This document shows, piece after piece, positions 21,249-31,523 of a stretch of 64,000 nt of DNA; position 1 is the first letter of the stretch; every line of letters begins with the position of its first letter. The DNA is taken from the NCBI GenBank assembly GCA_032161105.1, contig JAVHTD010000007.1; one strand, given 5' to 3'. The notes under the pieces are model-generated. The model saw only the letters and a list, made by a program, of their open reading frames with translations, was not told where the DNA came from and searched no databases. The translations under genes and the position numbers were made by a program. Origin of the DNA: Candidatus Thermosaccharophagus tengchongensis (GTDB lineage: Bacteria; Armatimonadota; Fervidibacteria; Fervidibacterales; Thermosaccharophagaceae).

Positions 21249-21602
21249 TTGCATGAGTTTAGCCTTGCAGTGCGCCTGATTGAGGCGATTGGGCAGAAGG
21301 CTGAGGAAGTTGGCGCAGTAAAGGTTTCTCTTGTAAAGCTGAGGGTTGGTCTGGCAACCACCGTCGTGCCCCAGTTTCTAAGCGAAGCATTCAATGTCGC
21401 AAAGCTCGGAACGATTGCGGAGGATGCTGAGCTTGAGATTGAGACGGACCCGATTAAACTCATATGTTGGAACTGCGGCGCCGAGTTTGAAGCGGATAAC
21501 TTCTTTGCCGAGTGCCAATCATGCGGCGGCATTGGCGGTAAGGTCATCTCGGGTGACCAAATCGTAATTGAGCGGGTTGAATTTGAGGTGAAGCAACAGT
21601 GA
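21249..21602 (+). CDS. hypA: Hydrogenase nickel metallochaperone HypA
   Basis: TTG start at 21249 gives the conserved MHE N-terminus; CWNC...CQSC zinc site. Confidence 0.93.
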   Translation: MHEFSLAVRLIEAIGQKAEEVGAVKVSLVKLRVGLATTVVPQFLSEAFNVAKLGTIAEDAELEIETDPIKLICWNCGAEFEADNFFAECQSCGGIGGKVISGDQIVIERVEFEVKQQ

Positions 21603-22291
21603 GTGATTCCGAGGGACAGCGGAAGTATGTGCTGATGTTTGAGCACCTGTTGGAAGCTAATGAGCTGATTGCGAGGCGGACAAAGGAGCAGCTGACCGAG
21701 TCCGGCGTGTTGCTCATCAACATACTTTCATCACCCGGTTCGGGCAAGACAACCCTGCTTGAAGCCACCGCAAGGGCTCTCAAGGGCAGGCTGCGCATGG
21801 GCGCGATACTCGGTGATGTAGCCACTGAGAGAGATTACGAGCGCCTATCAGCATGTGGTGTGCCTGCAGTGCAAATAGTGACTGGTGGGGAATGTCACCT
21901 TGAGGCTGCAATGGTTGAACAAGCTGTGCGTCAGCTTCCCATTGAGGCATTGGATGTTGTGTTCATTGAGAATGTGGGCAACCTTGTGTGCCCAGCTGAG
22001 TTTAAACTCGGAGAGCACTTTAGGGTGACTCTGCTCTCAGTGCCAGAGGGTGAGGATAAGGTTTTGAAGTATCCGCATGCCTTCCGCACGGCTGATGCCA
22101 TTCTCATAACAAAAATTGACTTGCTTGAGCACACCCGGTTTGATGCTGGACTTGCGGAGAGCTACATCCGTTCGCTTAACCCGAATGCGCGCATAATCAA
22201 GCTATCCGCGCTGACCAATTTTGGGCTGGACGAATGGCTCACACTCATTTTTGATTGGCATGGAAGTATCATCCGGCGGGTTGATGCATAA
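21599..22291 (+). CDS. hypB: Hydrogenase nickel incorporation GTPase HypB
   Basis: SSPGSGKTTLLE, GGECHLEA, ENVGNLVCPA, TKIDL. Confidence 0.95.
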   Translation: MSDSEGQRKYVLMFEHLLEANELIARRTKEQLTESGVLLINILSSPGSGKTTLLEATARALKGRLRMGAILGDVATERDYERLSACGVPAVQIVTGGECHLEAAMVEQAVRQLPIEALDVVFIENVGNLVCPAEFKLGEHFRVTLLSVPEGEDKVLKYPHAFRTADAILITKIDLLEHTRFDAGLAESYIRSLNPNARIIKLSALTNFGLDEWLTLIFDWHGSIIRRVDA

Positions 22292-22342
22292 GGACATCAG
22301 CTGCATTTGAAAGCCTCAGTTGCTGTCTTAGGGGGAGGCGCG

Positions 22343-24703
22343 ATGCGCAGGCGCATTCGCATGACAGTGAATGGGATTGTTCAAGGGGTGGGGTTTCGCC
22401 CGTTCGTGTTCAAGCTCGCCACCGACTTGGGTTTGTGCGGCTATGTCAGGAATGCCTCAGGGGCAGTTGAAATTGAGGTTGAGGGTGATGGAGATGCGCT
22501 ACAGGCATTTGTGAAACGCCTCCGTTCGGAAGCGCCGCCGCTGTCTCGCATTGCTTCAGTTGAACTTGAGGAAGTTGAACCTGTTGGGGATAGCGAGTTC
22601 AGGATAATGGCAAGTGATGGCACATCTACACCTCGCCCCGTCATACCGCCGGATGTGGCAACTTGTGCCGAGTGCATGCATGAGGTCAATACGGCGAGCA
22701 ACCGCAGGCATTTGTATCCATTCACCAATTGCACGAATTGTGGGCCGAGGTTCACGATAATCGTCCGTTTGCCATATGACCGCCCAAATACGACTATGGC
22801 TCGCTTCAAAATGTGCGAGCTGTGCGAGAGCGAGTATCACGACCCACTGGATAGGCGTTTTCATGCGCAGCCAAATGCGTGCCCATCGTGCGGTCCAAGG
22901 GTGTGGCTTACTGATGCTTGCGGTAATGTGATTCGCGCTGAGACGCATGGCGCAATTCAACTTGCCGGTGAGTTGCTTCACCGCGGATACATTGTAGCGG
23001 TGAAGGGGTTGGGTGGATTTCACATAGCGTGTGATGCGCGCAACTCAGCGGCTGTCAGCAAGCTACGCTTGAGGAAGCGCCGTTTGGCAAAGCCTTTTGC
23101 GATAATGTGCCGTGATGAGGACGAACTTAAATCGGTAGCAAGGTGTGAGGATTGGGAATTGAGATTGCTCAAGTCGCCGCAGAGCCCAATTGTGTTGCTT
23201 CGTGAGGCGGACGAAAGCGGCATTGCACCGGAGGTTGCTCCGAATAATCTCTACCAGGGTGTCATGTTGCCATACACTCCGTTGCATGCGATACTGATGC
23301 GTTATTCCCCGAGCACACTCGTGATGACGAGCGGGAATGTTTCCGATGAGCCGATTTGCTTCACAAACGAAGAGGCTTTAAGGAAGCTCTCAGGCATAGC
23401 TGATTTCTTCCTGCTACATGACAGGGACATACACACGCCTTGTGATGATTCGGTTGTTCGTCCAATGTGTGGGCATGGTGTGTTGCTAAGGCGTGCGAGG
23501 GGCTATGTGCCATCCTCTTTCGACTTGCCAAGGCGTCTCCCTGTGCCAGCTGTTTCCGTTGGTGCCGATTTGAAGAATACGGTTTGCGTGGCGCAGGATG
23601 ATTGGGCTGTGCTCAGCCAGCACATCGGCGATATTGAAAACTTGGACACATGCGAATACATGAGGCGCACACTGAATCACTTTTGCAACCTGCTTGGAGT
23701 TGAGCCGGCAATCGTCGCCCATGATATGCATCCCGGATATCACACAACCAAGTTGGCGAGCGAGTTTTGCGAGGTTCGCTTCACGGTGCAGCATCACCAT
23801 GCGCATGTGCTGAGTTGCATGGTTGAACATGGTGTTTACGAACCAGTCATCGGTGTGGCTTTTGATGGAACAGGCTATGGAGCTGATGGGACGATTTGGG
23901 GCGGTGAAATGTTGCTATGCGACCTCAAAGGCTTTAAGCGCTTGGGGCACTTGCATCCGATGCCGCTCGCCGGAGGGGAAGCCGCCATACGAAAGCCAAT
24001 CAGGCTCGCGTTTGCATATGCGTGGGAGTTGCTCGGTGAGGAAGCGCTCAAGAATGCCGGCTTGAAGCCGCTTCTTGAGAGGTTAAGCCCGGATGAATTG
24101 CGCGTCATTCCGCTTCAAGTGGCGCGCCGATTGAACTCACCGTTAAACACGAGCATGGGGCGATTGTTTGATGCCGTTTCAGCTCTGCTTGGCATTTGCG
24201 ATGTAGCCACATATGAGGGGCAAGCTGCAATTGAACTTGAGATGGCTGCCACGCATGTTTGGGATGGGAATGTGATTCCATTGAAGTTTGCCATGCGCTG
24301 GGAGGACGGCAAACTCATCATTGACCATCGCCAAACGCTGCTGCATTTGCTTGAGCTGCTTTCAAATGGTGAGGATGTAAGATTGCTCGCTGCGCGCTTT
24401 CATCGGGCTGTGGTTGAAATGATTGCAAACGGGTGCGAGCAACTTCGCTCACTGACCGGCGTGAACAAGGTTGTGCTAACTGGCGGTGTGTTCCAAAACC
24501 GCCTTTTGCTTGAAGGGGCAGTTTGCAGGTTAAGTGAACTTGGGTTTGAAGTCTTGTGGCATCGTCAAGTCCCGCCAAATGATGGCGGTATTGCGCTGGG
24601 TCAAATTGCAGCATTGGCATTTGCCGATATTGGCGCCATAGCAATGATTTCGCACAGGAGTTTGATGGCAGGCACTTCTGCTGCGGATGTAACACATGCG
24701 TAA
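22343..24703 (+). CDS. hypF: Carbamoyltransferase HypF
   Basis: GIVQGVGFRPFV acylphosphatase domain, CxxC zinc fingers, KGLGGFH, QHHHAH, PPNDGGIALGQ; SD GGGGGAGG before ATG 22343. Confidence 0.97.
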   Translation: MRRRIRMTVNGIVQGVGFRPFVFKLATDLGLCGYVRNASGAVEIEVEGDGDALQAFVKRLRSEAPPLSRIASVELEEVEPVGDSEFRIMASDGTSTPRPVIPPDVATCAECMHEVNTASNRRHLYPFTNCTNCGPRFTIIVRLPYDRPNTTMARFKMCELCESEYHDPLDRRFHAQPNACPSCGPRVWLTDACGNVIRAETHGAIQLAGELLHRGYIVAVKGLGGFHIACDARNSAAVSKLRLRKRRLAKPFAIMCRDEDELKSVARCEDWELRLLKSPQSPIVLLREADESGIAPEVAPNNLYQGVMLPYTPLHAILMRYSPSTLVMTSGNVSDEPICFTNEEALRKLSGIADFFLLHDRDIHTPCDDSVVRPMCGHGVLLRRARGYVPSSFDLPRRLPVPAVSVGADLKNTVCVAQDDWAVLSQHIGDIENLDTCEYMRRTLNHFCNLLGVEPAIVAHDMHPGYHTTKLASEFCEVRFTVQHHHAHVLSCMVEHGVYEPVIGVAFDGTGYGADGTIWGGEMLLCDLKGFKRLGHLHPMPLAGGEAAIRKPIRLAFAYAWELLGEEALKNAGLKPLLERLSPDELRVIPLQVARRLNSPLNTSMGRLFDAVSALLGICDVATYEGQAAIELEMAATHVWDGNVIPLKFAMRWEDGKLIIDHRQTLLHLLELLSNGEDVRLLAARFHRAVVEMIANGCEQLRSLTGVNKVVLTGGVFQNRLLLEGAVCRLSELGFEVLWHRQVPPNDGGIALGQIAALAFADIGAIAMISHRSLMAGTSAADVTHA

Positions 24704-24706
24704 GGG

Positions 24707-25444
24707 GTGATGGAATTGTTTCCCGCACGCTATGACAGGCAGATGCGCATAGACGGATGGGGTGTTGAAGGGCAGCGCAAGTTGCGTGAGGCGAGTGTGG
24801 CAGTGGTTGGCGTTGGTGGGTTGGGTTGCCCAATTTCACTGTATCTGACTGCCGCTGGCGTCGGGCGGTTAAAGTTGATTGATGCCGATGTAGTTGACGA
24901 GAGCAACCTTAATCGTCAAGTGCTTCATTGGACGAAGGACATCGGGCGCCCGAAGCCGGAATCGGCGATGGAAAAGCTCAAGCAGCTCAATCCCGAAGTT
25001 GAAATTGAGATTGCTTGCACGCGCTTGACGGAGGAGAATGTGGATGAATTGCTTGGCGATGTGGATGTGATCGTTGATGGGATGGACAATTTCCCGACGA
25101 GGTTCGTCTTAAACTCATATGCAGTTCGCTCCGGGAAGCCATTCTTTCATGGGTCAATTTGGGGGCTTGAAGGGCGAGCCACTACAATCCTGCCGGGGCA
25201 AACTGCTTGTCTGAGCTGCATCTTTAAGGCGTCACCACCGCCCGGGGTATTCCCGGTGGTTGGGACGACACCCGGAGTTGTAGCTATGATTCAAGCGACC
25301 GAGGTGATTAAATATTTCACTGGCATAGGACAGCTGTTGCTAAACCGCTACCTCATTTACGATGGCGTGACGATGTCGTTTCACATAATCAAACTGAAGC
25401 GCGATCCAAATTGCCATGTATGCGCCGATGTTGGGCGGCGATGA
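24707..25444 (+). CDS. HesA/MoeB/ThiF family adenylyltransferase
   Basis: RYDRQ, VVGVGGLG, DESNLNRQ, CLSC...CHVC zinc site; no rhodanese domain. Confidence 0.92.
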   Translation: MMELFPARYDRQMRIDGWGVEGQRKLREASVAVVGVGGLGCPISLYLTAAGVGRLKLIDADVVDESNLNRQVLHWTKDIGRPKPESAMEKLKQLNPEVEIEIACTRLTEENVDELLGDVDVIVDGMDNFPTRFVLNSYAVRSGKPFFHGSIWGLEGRATTILPGQTACLSCIFKASPPPGVFPVVGTTPGVVAMIQATEVIKYFTGIGQLLLNRYLIYDGVTMSFHIIKLKRDPNCHVCADVGRR

Positions 25445-25450
25445 GCCGGA

Positions 25451-26230
25451 ATGATGGCGCACATTGCGGAAGCCGCAGAAGAGGGCTTCAAGCTTGCTGT
25501 TGTGCTTCTGTTCCTTGGGATTATAGCCAGCGCCATTGTTGGCAAGTTGATTGAGGGTGAGTTCTCACCCATTGAGGGCGTTTTGTTGGTTGCGCTCCCG
25601 TTAAGCAGCCTTGTGCTCGCCATGATCTATTGGGGCAATCTGTTTGTAGTCGTCATCAGTTGCAGTTTGTGTGTTGGCGTGATTGTGCTATGGGCTTTGC
25701 ACCGCATCGGTGAAGAGCGAATCAAACGCTTCCTCCTTGAGCAGGACATTGAGCGTTACAAAGCAACTATTAGGCGTGACCCGAAGAACGCCGCAGCTCA
25801 TTCACTTCTCGGTGATATATACCTCAGGATGAAGCGCTACAACGAGGCGATAAAAGAGTTTGAGGAGGCTTTAAAGCTTGACCCGATGAGCCAAAGCGAC
25901 CGATATAAGCTTCGGTTAGCTATGGAGAAAAAGCGCGAGGCTGAGTTGAAGGGCATATCATGTCCGCGCTGCCACACGATTAATTCCCGCATGAGAGCAC
26001 GGTGCCAGCAATGCGGATACGAACTCAATCGTTCAATCGCTCTTGATTTTGTTGCATGGCTTGTAGAACCACAGTCGCTCAAGCGCATCGCCGTCACCGG
26101 AATAATTGCCATTGTCCCTTTGACGCTCATCTCCTTTTTCATCTCTCTGCTGCCATCAATACTTAAGCCGGTTTTCTGGCTATGTATGCTCGCTGCATTT
26201 ATGTTTTGGTTGAGGCGTTCCATACTCTGA
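25451..26230 (+). CDS. Membrane protein with TPR repeat and zinc ribbon
   Basis: 3 N-terminal TM segments, DPKNAAAHSLLGDIY..AIKEFEEALKLDP, CPRC..CQQC, 2 C-terminal TM segments. Confidence 0.75.
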   Translation: MMAHIAEAAEEGFKLAVVLLFLGIIASAIVGKLIEGEFSPIEGVLLVALPLSSLVLAMIYWGNLFVVVISCSLCVGVIVLWALHRIGEERIKRFLLEQDIERYKATIRRDPKNAAAHSLLGDIYLRMKRYNEAIKEFEEALKLDPMSQSDRYKLRLAMEKKREAELKGISCPRCHTINSRMRARCQQCGYELNRSIALDFVAWLVEPQSLKRIAVTGIIAIVPLTLISFFISLLPSILKPVFWLCMLAAFMFWLRRSIL

Positions 26231-26326
26231 TGTGATGCCCGTTCGGGCATGATTTACTAATTCGGGTCGCGTCGCCATAATTTGAGTTAGATGTATCACA
26301 CCATAGTTGCTTGGGGGTGAGCCGAA

Positions 26327-27142
26327 ATGAAGCGCAAAAAGCGGATTGAGTGGTGGGCAGCGGTAAAGCAGTGTGGGGGATTCACGCTTATTGAGCTGCT
26401 CGTGGTAATAGCTATCATTGCTGTGCTGGCTGCTATCCTCTTCCCGGTGTTCGCGAAGGCGAGGGAAAAGGCTAAGCAGTCAGCATGCCTCAACAACTTA
26501 AAGCAAATAGACGGTGCGTTCCGAATGTATATTCAGGACAATGATGAGCGTTTTCCGCTGGGTGTGGTTTATGCTCCCGGCTACATTGGGCGGATAACCG
26601 GCAACGCTGGTGTGCTTTGGACTTGGGATATACTTGAACCATACCTGCGCAGCGATCAAGTTTTCCAATGCCCATCAAAGGACTACAAGACAAACCCATC
26701 ACCGATACGCTTCGGTTATGGCTATCACTACCGCTTGTTCGTTCAAGCCATAGGTGCAAGGCGTGGCGACTATAGCAATGTCTTCAACTGGCCTGAAGAC
26801 CCCATTCAAATGGCGGAACTCAGGGAGCCGGCTACAACTGTTTACCTTTGTGACACTGGCAATATCTCAAACCCAGCATGGCCACCTCAAAAATGGTCTG
26901 ATGACGCCGGAACAGACTTTCGTGTTTTCTTCCCGTATGTGTGCGCTGATTCAGCATGTGCTACTTATGTAGTCGATCCGAACTATGGAGACAACACTGT
27001 GCGTCGTTGGGTGCCTGCACCAAGGCATATGGAGGGCGTCAACGTAGTTTTTGCTGATGGGCATGTGAAGTGGGTGAAGATGACAGAGTTAGTCGGCTTC
27101 CGCCCCGGAGACCCAAGGTGCATCTACGACAATATGCCTTAA
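26327..27142 (+). CDS. Type IV pilin-like (DUF1559-type) protein with N-terminal cleavage/methylation and H-X9-DG motifs
   Basis: [57 protein letters not shown]. Confidence 0.92.
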   Translation: MKRKKRIEWWAAVKQCGGFTLIELLVVIAIIAVLAAILFPVFAKAREKAKQSACLNNLKQIDGAFRMYIQDNDERFPLGVVYAPGYIGRITGNAGVLWTWDILEPYLRSDQVFQCPSKDYKTNPSPIRFGYGYHYRLFVQAIGARRGDYSNVFNWPEDPIQMAELREPATTVYLCDTGNISNPAWPPQKWSDDAGTDFRVFFPYVCADSACATYVVDPNYGDNTVRRWVPAPRHMEGVNVVFADGHVKWVKMTELVGFRPGDPRCIYDNMP

Positions 27143-27146
27143 CCCC

Positions 27147-29942
27147 TCACCAAACTTGCGAGAGCGATAGCATCAATGAATAGGTCCCCTCTTGGACGCC
27201 GGGGTAGCGGAGGCGTTCATTTGTATTGTAATGAGCTGAGAGCGATAGGTGGCGATAGTCGGAAAGTCTCCAGCTATGTGAGATGGTGTAGATTAATCCC
27301 TTCACATCGCCAGCTGGTTGCTTTCGCCTTTCGCAGATATGCCTTATTGAGAACTGCAGTTTTCCATTGCGCCCTGTTTTCCCATTTAGCAGCACAGATG
27401 CCTCTTTCCTCTCCAACGGATCGGCATTGGAATAAGGGCGCAACCTGTTAGCGCTTATCTCAAGCATCCAATCTTTAGCGAGTGGGATGTTAACGGCAAC
27501 CATTACCCAATCCGTCAAACTGAGCTGATTCAACTTTTGCCCCGATGGGAGGGTAGGGAATGGGCTCATTGGATTCCTTAGGAACCAACTCTCTTTGGTC
27601 CATCTCGTCGCCCAGTTCTGTGGCATGTTGGAGAAGCGATATATTTCAAGTTTTGCTTTCCCAATGGGCAGTTGGAGGACGAGTTCACGCATCGGCAGCC
27701 GACCCAGCTGTTGTGTTTGGTTGAGTGCATAGCCAGCCGTTAATCTCAAACTCTTTTTTCCACCGATGCTCACACGCGCTAATGGCGTCTGAATCGTTTT
27801 GCCGAGCGGCTGGCGCATGCGCTCATAACCAACATGGACTTGCGGCAGCGAATCCGACTTCGGCACCGCTGCGATGTAAATCCGTTGCTGCTCACCTTGG
27901 TTGCCCTGATCGTCACTTGTTCTCGCTATCTCGGTTCCAATGTGCATCTCCTTTGTGATGGGTTGCACGAGTGTCAGTGATTCCATCTGCTCGGAAGTGT
28001 CACCATTTTGCTTGTTCACTGAGGACACCTTAATGAGGGTTTCATTGCTTTCCGGATTTACGCCCATCATAGCGAGCGAATTCTCTCTGACCTTATGATC
28101 GCCTTGCTCAACTGAAGATAGATTCACAACCACATTGAGGTCCTCTGTGAGTGGGTGTTGCAGCTGCAGTTGATTCACTTTACGCTCTACACCTTGCGGT
28201 AGTGGCTCTTCAACTGCTCGGTAACGAAGTTCAAACTGCGCTAACTTGAGCGTGCATTCGCTGAGCTCAAAAGTCCCCTTTGGCGTTGGCTTGCGCTCCC
28301 AGTTTGCAGCCAATGAAGCACTGCTTGAAAGGAGTGATTGCAAGCTCACCTTTGTGTGAGTCCCATCATTGCCCCTATCCGGATGCTCTTCCGTTCGGAT
28401 GATGCTGAGCTGCAACCTTGTTGGCGATTTTGGGTTTGTAGCCAGCGAGAGCGATGTGCGCGAGAGCAGGTAAGCTTCGCTGCCCCTCGGCTCCATGCGC
28501 CGTCCTGAGTGAGAAAGCACCAAATTGTGTTCACCGAGCTCTATCTGCCTGTTGAAATTCCATTGGGTTAACTTAACTTGCGATGTGCTGCCATCCTTTG
28601 ATTGCGTTTCTGCTTGACCAAATGCAAATGAGGCACTTGTGTCCTTGTCCGGTCTCAGAGAAACCTCAGTCATGCGTGTCCTGCAATAACTCACATTTGA
28701 TTTCGCGCCTTGTAGCGCCTCAACTTCTGTAACAGTGTGCGATATCTGAAACGCGTTTGAAGGCGCCCACAGCAATTGCGTTACAGTCTGCTTATGCCCG
28801 ATCAGGCTTGCCAGCGCTTCCTTCCCAACAAGCTTCAGTGCCTGCTGAGTCAGGTTCGCATCAATGCTATCGGTTCTTCTCGTCGCTGTCAGCCTTATGC
28901 CAGCCAGGTTCAGCGTGGTGGCAGTTTGCAATAGTTCTCCTGAGCCATTTGATATGCGCACACTCTCGTGGCGCAGCTTTACATCTTTTGAGGGCTCCCA
29001 TGCGAGTAAACGCTCACTCTCGCGCAAGTTTGGGAAGGGCTGTAAGCTCGCCAACTTTACGGGTGCGCCAAGCATCGCAAACTCCTTGCCGAGGGCATTA
29101 AATTCGGAGGTCAGCGCTGCGATTTCTTCGGCGGCAGCCTGAGGATTGATTCTGGCACCTTGCTCAATCCTCGTCTCACCAATGTGCAATTTAATTCCAC
29201 TCCCGTGCAACCCAACGCTATATCTCTCAACCTCGCCGCCTCCAGAGATAGAACGCCAATTGCCGCTCAAGTTGAGCGCTCCGAATCTGCTGCCAAGTGA
29301 CAGCGATGTAAATTCACATCCCTTTAGGGCATTGACTGAGCGGGGCAACGGCGCAACTGTGTTGAGGGCGTTGATCCAAGCGCCGCTCGCCGTGAGCAAG
29401 TCCTTGTCAGCCTCAGCTCGCTCAAACTGCAAGTTGAATGCCTTTGAACGATGCTCAAGGCGAAACCTCGTAAGCGAGCCGTGCCGGTAAAACCTCACCG
29501 GGAGTGGCTGAAAGCCATCCGTGACCATCGCCGTAGATAGCCACTTACCCCCCTGTCTCAACTTCGTGCCCGATGAGAGCGAGTCGGAAATTGATGTGGC
29601 TTTGTGAGGCATCCATTGCGATTGTGCTGATCCCGGGAGGAACTCCGCGCCGTTAACCAGCGTTAAGGAAACAGTCGTGTTGGCACCAACATTGGTGTTG
29701 ATGTGCGCACCATGAATTAGGCTTCCGGGAACGAGCTTTGAGCCATTCCACATCGGCTTAACGCTGTCCTGCAAGGTCATCAACATTGATTGGTGTCCTA
29801 TGCGTTGTGAATCAAGGCTGCCGATATGGCTTTGGACAAATGATTCTTGTGCCACTGGCTCATCGGCTTCGCCACTAACTGCCAAGCTGATACATATGGC
29901 TATCCATATGAACGCTGTTATCGGCATTCGCATGGAGCTCAT
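27147..29942 (-). CDS. Hypothetical secreted beta-strand-rich protein, probable outer-membrane protein
   Basis: Signal peptide; many amphipathic alternating strands; ends YSLMLSLSQVW (beta-signal-like terminal aromatic). Confidence 0.55.
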   Translation of the reverse strand: MSSMRMPITAFIWIAICISLAVSGEADEPVAQESFVQSHIGSLDSQRIGHQSMLMTLQDSVKPMWNGSKLVPGSLIHGAHINTNVGANTTVSLTLVNGAEFLPGSAQSQWMPHKATSISDSLSSGTKLRQGGKWLSTAMVTDGFQPLPVRFYRHGSLTRFRLEHRSKAFNLQFERAEADKDLLTASGAWINALNTVAPLPRSVNALKGCEFTSLSLGSRFGALNLSGNWRSISGGGEVERYSVGLHGSGIKLHIGETRIEQGARINPQAAAEEIAALTSEFNALGKEFAMLGAPVKLASLQPFPNLRESERLLAWEPSKDVKLRHESVRISNGSGELLQTATTLNLAGIRLTATRRTDSIDANLTQQALKLVGKEALASLIGHKQTVTQLLWAPSNAFQISHTVTEVEALQGAKSNVSYCRTRMTEVSLRPDKDTSASFAFGQAETQSKDGSTSQVKLTQWNFNRQIELGEHNLVLSHSGRRMEPRGSEAYLLSRTSLSLATNPKSPTRLQLSIIRTEEHPDRGNDGTHTKVSLQSLLSSSASLAANWERKPTPKGTFELSECTLKLAQFELRYRAVEEPLPQGVERKVNQLQLQHPLTEDLNVVVNLSSVEQGDHKVRENSLAMMGVNPESNETLIKVSSVNKQNGDTSEQMESLTLVQPITKEMHIGTEIARTSDDQGNQGEQQRIYIAAVPKSDSLPQVHVGYERMRQPLGKTIQTPLARVSIGGKKSLRLTAGYALNQTQQLGRLPMRELVLQLPIGKAKLEIYRFSNMPQNWATRWTKESWFLRNPMSPFPTLPSGQKLNQLSLTDWVMVAVNIPLAKDWMLEISANRLRPYSNADPLERKEASVLLNGKTGRNGKLQFSIRHICERRKQPAGDVKGLIYTISHSWRLSDYRHLSLSAHYNTNERLRYPGVQEGTYSLMLSLSQVW

Positions 29943-29950
29943 TGCAGTTC

Positions 29951-29970
29951 ACCTCGCCGCTCGGCGAGGT
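29951..29970 (-). promoter_or_regulatory. Hairpin occluding the SD site of 27147..29942
   Basis: Minus strand ACCTCGCC-GAGC-GGCGAGGT followed by GAACTGCA-ATG; GAGGT lies in the stem. Confidence 0.55.
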
Positions 29971-29979
29971 CGTTTGCGA

Positions 29980-31461
29980 TTACCACTTTATGCCGAGCCT
30001 AAATAATTTGAGGCAGAGTATGCGGTTTTGGTTTGCACCCATGAAGGCATCGTTGGAGCGCAACTGCTCAACGAGGCTCTCATAGCCGAGCATCCGTTCT
30101 CTCAATCTCTCAAGCTCTTCAACCTCAGAGCGCGGTTGGAACGCAGCACCGCTAAGGATCTCCCATTGCTGACCCGAGTGCTCACCTAACTTTGTTAGCG
30201 TGCTCTCTCGCGCCACTCGCTTATGCTTCAAAAGTTCCCCAAGACCACCATGCATATAGAGTTCATCATTTACATGCTCACCGGTCGCCGTCCCAATGCC
30301 ATGCTTAGGCAAACTTTTTTGGAAGCTCGCCGCCGCCAACCGCTCCGAAGCTACAGCAACTTCTGATTGCGTGCCATGTTGGTATCTTGCGCCAACTGCA
30401 AATTGATAGCTTTCAACGGTCGGCATCTCACTCACCGTTGCATCTTTTCGCTGCGAAAAAAGCGTTTGAGCTTCCTGTGGCTCACCACCATGCACTTTCA
30501 ATTCAACCGGCTTGTAAGGGCGCGCTGTCACTGCCGTTACAGTGAGGCTTTCCCTTTTTATGCCGGCTGTCACTGGTATGCTCTCCTTCACCCTTTCCAC
30601 CTTCGCTTCCCAGCTCTTCGGTGTCCCTGCAGCAGACGCGGTTGTAACTCGCATCGTGCCCCTTGTGCTTCTCGGCTCGGTCAGCGGTCTTGAACGGCTT
30701 TCCGAGCTTGGCTGCCCAATGATGCTCGCCACCCGCTGCGGCTTATATGATTGTGATGAATCAATTGTGCCTGTGGCAGCTGTCATCCCTTCTTTGGTCA
30801 TCTCGCCATGAGCGCTTTTAACTGCTCTCGGAGAGCTGCTTATCACCCTCCGTTCACGATATGCTGCTGTTCGCGATCGCTCAGGTTGGTATCGTGCTAA
30901 TAGCGCAATGATTGCCATCGCCGCAACACAAGCGATGAGCGCGCCTGCTGCCAACCGCAGCAGCGCATGCCCAAATCCGGCGCGCTTTGCAAACCCCTCC
31001 TCCCTCAACCGCTCAATCAATTCAGCTTTTCGCTGTTGAGGTATTGGCACATCCACAAGCTCTGCCATTGCTGAGGCGTATCGTTCCCATTGCGCGAACT
31101 CAGCAGTGCATGTATCACAACGGGCAATATCCGCAAGCAGCATTGCAGCTTCATCGTCGCTCAGCTTTCCGTCAATCAACTCCAACATTTTCTGCCGAGC
31201 CCCGCTACACCTGTGAGCGCCGTAACATCGCTGTTGCCGTGAAGTTTTCCGGACAAGTTGGATCAACGCTGCAGCCCCATCCCTTGATGGCGATGGAAAG
31301 CGATGTGAAGCAAGTAAATGCTTCAACGCCAAGAGGGTGTTATGAAAGTTGAGGCATTCATCACACGAACGGAGATGCCCTTCAACCTCCGCCCTCTCAG
31401 TGTGGCTCACCTCGCCATCAATGTATGCCGATATGAGTATGCGCATACGATCACAGTTCAC
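29980..31461 (-). CDS. Zinc-finger (zf-HC2/ZAS) anti-sigma factor with two ZAS-like domains and one TM helix
   Basis: NCDRMRILISAYIDGEV..HLRSCDEC; second copy CSGARQKMLELIDGKL..DIARCDTC; TM LAAGALIACVAAMAIIALLA; GTG start 31461 after GAGGTGG. Confidence 0.8.
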   Translation of the reverse strand: MNCDRMRILISAYIDGEVSHTERAEVEGHLRSCDECLNFHNTLLALKHLLASHRFPSPSRDGAAALIQLVRKTSRQQRCYGAHRCSGARQKMLELIDGKLSDDEAAMLLADIARCDTCTAEFAQWERYASAMAELVDVPIPQQRKAELIERLREEGFAKRAGFGHALLRLAAGALIACVAAMAIIALLARYQPERSRTAAYRERRVISSSPRAVKSAHGEMTKEGMTAATGTIDSSQSYKPQRVASIIGQPSSESRSRPLTEPRSTRGTMRVTTASAAGTPKSWEAKVERVKESIPVTAGIKRESLTVTAVTARPYKPVELKVHGGEPQEAQTLFSQRKDATVSEMPTVESYQFAVGARYQHGTQSEVAVASERLAAASFQKSLPKHGIGTATGEHVNDELYMHGGLGELLKHKRVARESTLTKLGEHSGQQWEILSGAAFQPRSEVEELERLRERMLGYESLVEQLRSNDAFMGANQNRILCLKLFRLGIKW

Positions 31462-31523
31462 CGCTTCCACCTCACAATTGGGCGATGCGCTACCAATGGA
31501 ATTCGCAGCCGCATCCAATTAAC

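Noticed and set aside
25960..25976. CPRCH as a heme-binding motif in the TPR protein
   Set aside because: It pairs with the downstream CQQC as a zinc ribbon in a probably cytoplasmic segment
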